Below are positions 8,323 through 15,269 of a stretch of DNA of 15,589 nucleotides, one piece after another. The stretch is from positions 1-15,589 of the forward strand of contig JBDRLB010000030.1 in NCBI GenBank assembly GCA_043813365.1, in the 5' to 3' direction. The notes under the pieces were generated by a model that saw only the letters and a program-made list of their open reading frames with translations, did not search any database and was not told where the DNA came from. The stretch is from Candidatus Micrarchaeota archaeon (GTDB lineage Archaea; Micrarchaeota; Micrarchaeia; Norongarragalinales; SBBD01). A program made the translations under genes and the position numbers. Positions within the stretch are counted from its first letter, which is position 1. Every line of letters begins with the position of its first letter.

Positions 8323-8604
8323 TTAAACAGGAGGCGAATACTGCTGGTAGCCCCAGCCGCGGTTCTCGCGTTCCTTCTGCGCAACCAACTGCTTTACCTT
8401 CTTGTCGTAAATCCGGAGATGCTTGCCGCAGGAAGCGCAGTAGCACATCTTCTTTGTGATCTTCGAGAAATACTGATCGTCATGCATGTCCTTGCGCTCA
8501 ACCGGGTTCATGAGGATTGGCTTGTCTATGCAAACCGCCTTGTCAGACCGTACCCTTCTTCCGCACTTTGAGCAAATAATTGATGTTTCCTTTCCCCTAC
8601 CCAT
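8323..8604 (-). CDS. rps26e: Small ribosomal subunit protein eS26 (S26e)
   Basis: GRGKETSIICSKCGRRVRSDKAV...YCASCGKH matches the eS26 pattern C-x2-C-x6-DKA ... YC-x-SC-x2-H. ATG 8604 is preceded by SD-like GGGGCTGA. Confidence 0.85.
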   Translation of the reverse strand: MGRGKETSIICSKCGRRVRSDKAVCIDKPILMNPVERKDMHDDQYFSKITKKMCYCASCGKHLRIYDKKVKQLVAQKERENRGWGYQQYSPPV

Positions 8605-8609
8605 GTGAA

Positions 8610-8852
8610 TCAGCCCCTTTTCCACGGCCAGAATTTCCAGACGAGCGCCACAACTGCACCGAATATGATGCCATGGTACAACGCAAAATTGTAATCCGGA
8701 ATTTCCCCCAGAAGATAAGTGTCATAGAATGTCCTTGCGAGGAACGTCGCAACCATGCCGGCAAGCCCCAAACGCATTGCCTCATCCCATCTAACATCCC
8801 TCTCTGCCGGAACGGCTTTTTCCTTCCTCCCGGCACGGCTTTTCCTCTTCAT
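8610..8852 (-). CDS. Small 2-TM membrane protein, probably co-transcribed with eS26
   Basis: Basic N-terminus and two hydrophobic helices. TTTTATAAA lies about 30 bp upstream, and the stop is 5 bp before the eS26 start. Alternative start at 8867. Confidence 0.6.
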   Translation of the reverse strand: MKRKSRAGRKEKAVPAERDVRWDEAMRLGLAGMVATFLARTFYDTYLLGEIPDYNFALYHGIIFGAVVALVWKFWPWKRG

Positions 8853-8880
8853 TGCAATCCCTTTCATTACGGAGTTCAGA

Positions 8881-8889
8881 TTTATAAAA
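8881..8889 (-). promoter_or_regulatory. TATA box for the small membrane protein/eS26 unit
   Basis: TTTTATAAA on the minus strand, 29-37 bp upstream of ATG 8852. Confidence 0.55.
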
Positions 8890-8923
8890 GCGACTAATCC
8901 AGCTCCTCACAAGCAGGCAAAGG

Positions 8924-11900
8924 CTATTCCCTGGTGCCGCCTATAAAGGCCGAAACTTCTGAAACGATCTGCGAATAGAACAGCGAAGCAGCTTCCCAGA
9001 TATTGGCTACATCAAGCAAACCAGTCATATTCACATAGGTTTCATTCCCTGTAATGTAATTGAACCCCCAGGTCTGGTTGCCCAAAACAGCTGCTTCATC
9101 AAATGAGCTCAGCTCCTGCTCCCCGTTCTGGTAAACGATGTAAACCTGCTGGTCTTCACTTTTTTCCGAGGAGGGTATGGCGCTATTGATCCCTTCCAGA
9201 ATCGCCTGCCTTGCAATTGTTTCATTTGTAACCGGAGATTCCAATATTATTGTGATGTTCATGGGTTCGCTGATGTTAACAATCGCAAAGCCGGAAAGGT
9301 TTGAGCCGTTTGCATAAATTGTGTGGGGTGTAAAGCAGTGGAAATTGGAGCCGCTTCCCTGGCATCCTTCAGCGTAAGTGTCCAGATCCGTCTGGTTGAA
9401 CTCCTCTACTGCAAAGCTGATGCTCCCATCTGCATCCGTTACTCCTGAATGCTTCAAATTGCCCTCAAAATCGTAAATTTCCACGGTAGCATTTTCAATT
9501 GATTGGTTGCTTTCATCCTGAACGCGGATGTTTGCCGTGTAGAACACGTGGATGGGGTCGCCCTGGTAGGCGGCGTTGTACCTGCTCTTATTGTAGGTAA
9601 CATCATAGAGATAGGCGGGGGAAGGCGTGTAGTAGGTTACAAAATCATAGCCCATGATGTTCGAAAGATTGCAGTTGATGATTTCCGTATTGTTTGCAGA
9701 AAGGCTGTAGATCCCATGCCCCCTTGTTGATGTGCTGGCATTGACATTCCTGATGTTCATTCCTGAAATGGTGAACTTTTCGGTTGTTTGGGGGCCCGAC
9801 CTGTCAAGCATTAGAGCTGCCATATCCAGCCCATTTGCCCAGATGCCTTCCAAAGTGAAGTTCTTCCATGAGTTGTTCGCTGCCCCATGGTTGATGTACC
9901 CTATCCCGTAGGGGTTGCCGGTGCTGTAATTGTAATTGTGGAAGTAGGCGTTCTCAATTGTGATGTTTATTGGGTTGGAGAGCCAGAACGCCCTTACTCC
10001 GCCGTCCCCATGGCACGTGAAATCTCTAATTATCTGGTTTTCAGAGGTTGTGAATAAGCAGAAGCCGTGCAGAGTGTTGTTGATTATTTCACTATGGTCA
10101 TTGCCTACCCTGATCTGGCTGTCACCGTTGAAAACATTGTTGTTGATTTGGAGGTTGTCCGTGTTATCCACCCTTATTGCGCCTGCATCAACAATGGAAT
10201 CGTTGAATGCCAAATTGGAGCCATGCTGGGAGCTGTCCTCTGAAAGAATCGTGTAATAGTAAATAGATTTTGCATAGAAGTTGCTCCAGGTGTACAAATC
10301 GGACACGTTGTTAAGCAATCTGTAAGGAGCCATCCTCAATGCTCCGGAATGCTTTGCGGAGTTGTTTGTGAAATTGTTATTGTAGGAATAGGTGAACTGG
10401 GAGCCGTTTACGTAGAAAATCCCGTAATCCGAAATTGGTGTTTCGCCTCCGAAATTGTCCGCGTAATTGTCCTTGATCAAATTATCATGGATGAAGGAGT
10501 AATTGCTCTTTTGAAGGTTGAACATCTTGAAAAATGCGTTGTTCGGGCTCTGCTTGATGCCGTTCCGTATTGTATTGTTGAAGAATTGGAGGTAGGTAAC
10601 GTTCTTTCCCTTCCAGACGTTAATCGTTCCTTCGAGGATGCAGTTCTTTATTGTGATGTTGTTTGTGTTTTCTGAAAAGAACAGGTAATCTTCATTTAGT
10701 TTTGGCGCCTGAATTTGGAAGCCGTTGCAATCTAAAATTATGTTGTTCGAGTTGAAATTGAAGCAGCTGTTGTTGTTAGCTGATAAGATTAAGCTTGATG
10801 ATAGGTCTACCATATTGCTGCAGTCAACTTCCCCCCATGGGTTCACGGTTACTGTTTGCATATCCGATGCCCCCCATTCGCTGTTGAAGTAGCAAAGCAT
10901 CCTGTTTGTGTAAGTGGCGTTCTTCTCCCCAACAATTGTGCGGCTTGTGGAGCATAAAACAACCGCTTCGTCTTCCGGGTTTGTGCCGCTCTGGATGTAT
11001 TGCCCTAATCCCTGCGGGCTTGTTGGGATGTATTGCCAAGTGCCGTTTGAGAATTGCCAGTAGATGCTCCCCATTGTGGGGCATAAGCCTGATGCGGAGA
11101 TCATTCCGGTCATGGTGAAAGTTTCATTGATCGTGATGTTCGGATCTGAAGCCGGTGCGCTCATTATGCAGCTCCATGTGCACGGCGGAGGCCTGTCAAT
11201 CCATTTGAAAGCTGATGTTAGAGTCTGGTTTACTGCCAATGGGCCAAAATCAATTAGGAGCGTTATTGGCGCGTTATATTGGAATTGGGTGCTTTTCACG
11301 AGCAAATTGTAATTTTCATCTCCTTCCCATGAAAGCTGCAGGTATTCGTTTGTAACTGAATCCCTGATTGAGAAACTAGGTATTTGCAGGTTTGTGAAAT
11401 TCATCTCCAATGTCTGGTTCAGCAGGTAATAACTCCCATCCACATCAAGGTAATCATTTTCCTGCGTGTTGCTTATTCGAATGTCCTTTACCTTCCATGC
11501 GAACCCCACGTCAACGGGAATTGCCTGGGTTCCAACGTTTTCTATCGAAGGTGTAACCGTAAGATTTTCATCCTGCGAACCTAGATGGTAATTTACGCCT
11601 ATTTTGATGCCATAACTGTTGCCTCCCCTTGTGAAATTGAATATTTTGAAACCGTTAATGTTTACATAACTGGAGTTATCGGTTTCAAACGACCAGCTGA
11701 AAGGCAATGAATCGGTGCATTTGTACTGCCACTCATCCAGCTTTACCAGCCCGCAGAAAACATTATGCGACCAATACTCATCGTAATGGTTGGTGAGCTG
11801 GATGCCGGAAGAGCTGTTGAAGTAATAATCGTCATTTTCATTCCAGATGTGCCAAACTGCGCCGGAATCCAGCTCTTCAAAACCGATTGCCGGTGAATCC

Positions 11901-11980
11901 GGATGGTTGGGGCTTGCTTGCACTAGGAGGCCTGCGATGAGCAGGCTTCCGAAGACCAGCACCAAGGATGTTTTTTTCAT
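8924..11980 (-). CDS. Large secreted/surface protein with right-handed parallel beta-helix repeats and Ig-like domains
   Basis: Signal peptide MKKTSLVLVFGSLLIAGLLVQA. Beta-helix motifs (NNIILDCNGFQI, NNITIKNCIL, FFNNTIRN) and a carboxypeptidase-regulatory-like Ig (IRVQDESNQSIENATVEIYD...GVTDADG). Many N-x-S/T sequons. ATGA overlap with the upstream stop. Confidence 0.85.
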   Translation of the reverse strand: MKKTSLVLVFGSLLIAGLLVQASPNHPDSPAIGFEELDSGAVWHIWNENDDYYFNSSSGIQLTNHYDEYWSHNVFCGLVKLDEWQYKCTDSLPFSWSFETDNSSYVNINGFKIFNFTRGGNSYGIKIGVNYHLGSQDENLTVTPSIENVGTQAIPVDVGFAWKVKDIRISNTQENDYLDVDGSYYLLNQTLEMNFTNLQIPSFSIRDSVTNEYLQLSWEGDENYNLLVKSTQFQYNAPITLLIDFGPLAVNQTLTSAFKWIDRPPPCTWSCIMSAPASDPNITINETFTMTGMISASGLCPTMGSIYWQFSNGTWQYIPTSPQGLGQYIQSGTNPEDEAVVLCSTSRTIVGEKNATYTNRMLCYFNSEWGASDMQTVTVNPWGEVDCSNMVDLSSSLILSANNNSCFNFNSNNIILDCNGFQIQAPKLNEDYLFFSENTNNITIKNCILEGTINVWKGKNVTYLQFFNNTIRNGIKQSPNNAFFKMFNLQKSNYSFIHDNLIKDNYADNFGGETPISDYGIFYVNGSQFTYSYNNNFTNNSAKHSGALRMAPYRLLNNVSDLYTWSNFYAKSIYYYTILSEDSSQHGSNLAFNDSIVDAGAIRVDNTDNLQINNNVFNGDSQIRVGNDHSEIINNTLHGFCLFTTSENQIIRDFTCHGDGGVRAFWLSNPINITIENAYFHNYNYSTGNPYGIGYINHGAANNSWKNFTLEGIWANGLDMAALMLDRSGPQTTEKFTISGMNIRNVNASTSTRGHGIYSLSANNTEIINCNLSNIMGYDFVTYYTPSPAYLYDVTYNKSRYNAAYQGDPIHVFYTANIRVQDESNQSIENATVEIYDFEGNLKHSGVTDADGSISFAVEEFNQTDLDTYAEGCQGSGSNFHCFTPHTIYANGSNLSGFAIVNISEPMNITIILESPVTNETIARQAILEGINSAIPSSEKSEDQQVYIVYQNGEQELSSFDEAAVLGNQTWGFNYITGNETYVNMTGLLDVANIWEAASLFYSQIVSEVSAFIGGTRE

Positions 11981-12324
11981 TTAATCACTTCCAATATTAA
12001 GTAAAGTATACCGAATAATGAAATCGCCAGAAGAAAGATTAGCAATATTTTTTTTATAAGCAGCCTTAATTTCACTCTATACTTGGTTAATTCTTCATCA
12101 GATCCATCAATTTCATTGTAAAGAAATCTATACATCCTCAATGGATTCATAAATATAAGTTTACCATAAAGATATTCATATTTCTTCTTATTTTTTTTTA
12201 TTAAATATAGTTTAAAACGAACATTTGTAAGTAAAAATAAAACAATTGTAATAAACCCGATAAGCACTAGAATTGCAATTAGTATGAATAAGCCGGCAAC
12301 AAGCCACACTTCAATGTTTTCCAT
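11977..12324 (-). CDS. Putative immunity protein, two TM helices, UspB-like layout
   Basis: Starts 14 bp after the Rhs stop with a GGGGA SD. Very low GC (8/60 G+C in 12181-12240). Layout is TM, loop (KKYEYLYG...NPLRMYRFLY...DEELTKYR), TM. Confidence 0.7.
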   Translation of the reverse strand: MENIEVWLVAGLFILIAILVLIGFITIVLFLLTNVRFKLYLIKKNKKKYEYLYGKLIFMNPLRMYRFLYNEIDGSDEELTKYRVKLRLLIKKILLIFLLAISLFGILYLILEVIK

Positions 12325-12338
12325 AATATCCCCTATTG

Positions 12339-15269
12339 TTAATTATTATCTGAGTAAAAATCATAATAAAACGCGTATGGACTTCGACTCCTAACAGTTG
12401 AATCAGACGTTGAATAAGCTACTTGACTTATTTCAGGGTAATTATTTAGGTTAAGGGATGTAAAAGGTTGTGAATTGTAAGGTTGGCCAGAATTTTGAAC
12501 ATAGCTTCCACTAGGATTTGTTTCTATATTTAAATAAGCATTTTTTCTTCCAAGTTCCTGCGGATTGGTTTTTTGCTTATTTATCGCAACGAATGTATCG
12601 GTAATTACAGTTTCAGACTTTCCTTGAACTGCACTTATACCAAAACCAGCGCCTATGCTATAACCTACTTCTTCGTTTCCATTTTTATCAGTTGAGATTT
12701 GGTTACTAACCCCAAATATATCTTTCGCATTTACTCCCATAACATTTGAAAATCCTTCAATATCATCAAGCGATTGAGCGTCTTTTAGTAAAGATGCATC
12801 AAGATTTCCTGAAATTTCACCACCGAGCATGAAACCATCAGTTTTTGATATATATTTTCCTATTTCTATGGACCCTTTATTCCCAATAACCAGAACATAA
12901 CCTGCGGAATATGAATTAAAACCTCCCAACGAAACGGTTTTTGAGAGAAAGCCTTGAATCGGGTTGATGAATACGCCTAATCCATAAGTTAAACTTAGTC
13001 CAACCTTTATACCAAAATTTCCTTTTAAATCAATATATACATACGGATTATTCAGTACATAGCTGTACCTGTTCAGCATCTGCGGATTATACAAATCCGG
13101 TATCATCGAATCCGCCTGCGTGAATTTCCCTATTTTCGGGTTATAGTATCTGGCGCCATAATACATCAATCCGGTTTCGGAATCCTTTTCCTTTCCAGTG
13201 TAAAGGAACCTGCTTTTCGCATCGTATAGCGGCTCACCGAAGGGTTTGTAATTCGTATCCTCCACAACAGCACCGGATTCATTTGTAACGAGCGTAGTCG
13301 AACCCAGATGGTCGGGATGATAGAAATACTTTTTCCCGTCGGGGTCTTTGCGGGCGATCATTTGGGAATCGGCGAAATAATAAATCGTGTCGAAGGTTCC
13401 GGTTGCATTAATCACCCGTAGGAAATTCTGGTTGATGTAGAGGATGGTTTCGTTCTTGAGATGATCTGTTTTGCGGATGCGGTTGCCGTCGGGGTCGTAT
13501 AAATATTCGGAAATTATGAAACCGGTTGAATTGCCTGTTCTGATTGCGCTTAATTGGTTGAAGGAATTGTACTCATAGTAGTTGTTTGCATCTTGAATTA
13601 GGTTGCCGTTGGCATCGTAAAGGAATGTTTGCGTAAGGTTGGAGGGAGCTGGTGCGGAGGTTTGCCCTATTGCAAGTGATTGCTGGGATAGGAAGGTTTG
13701 ATTTGATGCGCGAGCGGTTACTTTGTATTCGGTTGAATTGGAGTAATTGTAGCTGATGAATATGAGAATTGATTCCTGCGGCTTGAGGGAGATGTTGAGG
13801 GTTGAGTTGATTTGCGAAACTCCCGTAAAGAAGGTGAAATTGACGTTTGTGATGTTCGCGTTGCCGTTGTTCTTGATTTTGAAGCGGTAGGTTTTGAGCG
13901 TTGAGTTGGTGTTTACGAGTTGAAGATCTTTGAGTTCGAGGAGAGGACCGGTTTGGGAAATTGATTTGGGGGAGTGGACGGGAGAGTTCTGGTAATTGTA
14001 GGTACTGATGGTGTTGGCGTTGTTTTCCTGAATTGAAAGGATGTTGCCGATGGAGGAGTAGGTGTAATTTAGAAGGTAGTTTTCCTTTTGAGGGGAGTTA
14101 TCGGTTCGGGAGGCGAATGTGAGGCGGCTAAGTTTGTCGTAGCCCATCGTCTGGATTATTGAGTTGTAGGCATCGTTGATTTGGAGGATGTTGCTGGTGT
14201 TGTCGTAGAGGTATTGGAGGTCTTGGAGGGAGGAGGTTTGTATTCTGGTGAGGCGGGAGGTTGGGAAGTCGTAGGTGAAGGAGGTGTTGAGGGAGTTGGC
14301 GTAATTGCGGAGAATGGGCTTGTTGAAGGCGTCGTATTGGGCGAGAGTGAGGATGCCTTCGATGGAGGAGAGCTGGTTTTGGGAGCTGTAGGTGTAGTAG
14401 ATGGTTTCGGAGTTGGGGAGAATTATTGCTGTAATCCGGTCTAAAGAGTCGTAGGTGTAGTTGGTTCTGGAGACGTTATTTTCAATTGATTTGAGCTCAG
14501 AGGTTTTGCGGTAGCGGGAGTCGTAGGAGAATGCCTCTGCGAAAGAGGCTGAAAGTATCCTTGAAAGGGTGCCGTTGAGCTGCTCATCGTAGAGGTAGGT
14601 GAATGCGAGCGGGGAGGCGGATTTGTGGGTTAGGCGGTTTAGGGGGTCGTATTGCAAAGCGGTTGTGATGGAGCGGTTGTCCTTTTGGGAGATGAGGTTG
14701 CTTGCTGCATCGTAAGAGTAGTTCCAGATTCCTAAATCGGGGTCGGAGAGGGAGGTTTTGCGTCCGAGAGTGTCGTAGGTGAATTTGAACTTGTTGTTTT
14801 CGTTGTCGGTGATGTTTAGGAGCTGGGAGGCGGCATCGTAGGAGTATTTGGTGACGTAGGGGGTGGGAGAGTTGAATTCGTGAATCTCAATGATTTGGCC
14901 GTAGGCGTCTTGAATCTGGAGGAGCTGATTGCCGTTTTCATCCGTTATTGTTGTGTTCCATTTGGAGTAGTTGAAGGTTTTTGTGGTGTTGTCGGGGTTG
15001 GTGGTTTTGATTATGCGGGAGAGGGGATCGTAGGAGATGTTGGAGAAGGGGATGGTGGAGTTGGGAGTTGTGTAGTTTTCGGATTTTTCAACACGAGTAT
15101 GACGAAACGGAGAGTTGTGGATCCATTCATAGGGTTCGCCATCATCGTTTGGGTCAGGAATGTTGGCAATAGCATCATTGAATTGGGATTGAAAAAGAGC
15201 TTGCAGTCTTGAATCAGAGGTGAATCTAGCATCGCATTCAGAAAATGCTAGTTTACCTCGTGTTATCAT
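12339..15269 (-). CDS. rhs: RHS/YD-repeat protein (N-terminally truncated core + RHS-associated core + variable C-terminal tip); polymorphic toxin candidate
   Basis: YD repeats (YDTLGRKTSLSDPDLGIWNYSYD, YDANGNL, YDPDGNRIRK) and core motifs YFYHPDHLGSTT, YKPFGE, YTGKEKDSETGLMYYGARYYNPKIGKFTQAD and LNRYSYVLNNP. The AT-rich ~225-aa tip spans 12339-13016. Confidence 0.93.
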   Translation of the reverse strand: MITRGKLAFSECDARFTSDSRLQALFQSQFNDAIANIPDPNDDGEPYEWIHNSPFRHTRVEKSENYTTPNSTIPFSNISYDPLSRIIKTTNPDNTTKTFNYSKWNTTITDENGNQLLQIQDAYGQIIEIHEFNSPTPYVTKYSYDAASQLLNITDNENNKFKFTYDTLGRKTSLSDPDLGIWNYSYDAASNLISQKDNRSITTALQYDPLNRLTHKSASPLAFTYLYDEQLNGTLSRILSASFAEAFSYDSRYRKTSELKSIENNVSRTNYTYDSLDRITAIILPNSETIYYTYSSQNQLSSIEGILTLAQYDAFNKPILRNYANSLNTSFTYDFPTSRLTRIQTSSLQDLQYLYDNTSNILQINDAYNSIIQTMGYDKLSRLTFASRTDNSPQKENYLLNYTYSSIGNILSIQENNANTISTYNYQNSPVHSPKSISQTGPLLELKDLQLVNTNSTLKTYRFKIKNNGNANITNVNFTFFTGVSQINSTLNISLKPQESILIFISYNYSNSTEYKVTARASNQTFLSQQSLAIGQTSAPAPSNLTQTFLYDANGNLIQDANNYYEYNSFNQLSAIRTGNSTGFIISEYLYDPDGNRIRKTDHLKNETILYINQNFLRVINATGTFDTIYYFADSQMIARKDPDGKKYFYHPDHLGSTTLVTNESGAVVEDTNYKPFGEPLYDAKSRFLYTGKEKDSETGLMYYGARYYNPKIGKFTQADSMIPDLYNPQMLNRYSYVLNNPYVYIDLKGNFGIKVGLSLTYGLGVFINPIQGFLSKTVSLGGFNSYSAGYVLVIGNKGSIEIGKYISKTDGFMLGGEISGNLDASLLKDAQSLDDIEGFSNVMGVNAKDIFGVSNQISTDKNGNEEVGYSIGAGFGISAVQGKSETVITDTFVAINKQKTNPQELGRKNAYLNIETNPSGSYVQNSGQPYNSQPFTSLNLNNYPEISQVAYSTSDSTVRSRSPYAFYYDFYSDNN

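Noticed and set aside
8580..8946. Overlapping small ORFs (8580-8897 +, 8597-8836 -, 8755-8946 +)
   Set aside because: They conflict with the better-supported 2-TM ORF and eS26, which have TATA/SD support.
14181..15212. Gly/Val/Glu-rich plus-strand ORFs and G-runs suggesting G-quadruplexes
   Set aside because: By-products of the G skew opposite the Rhs core. There is no regular four-G3-tract pattern and no independent coding signal.
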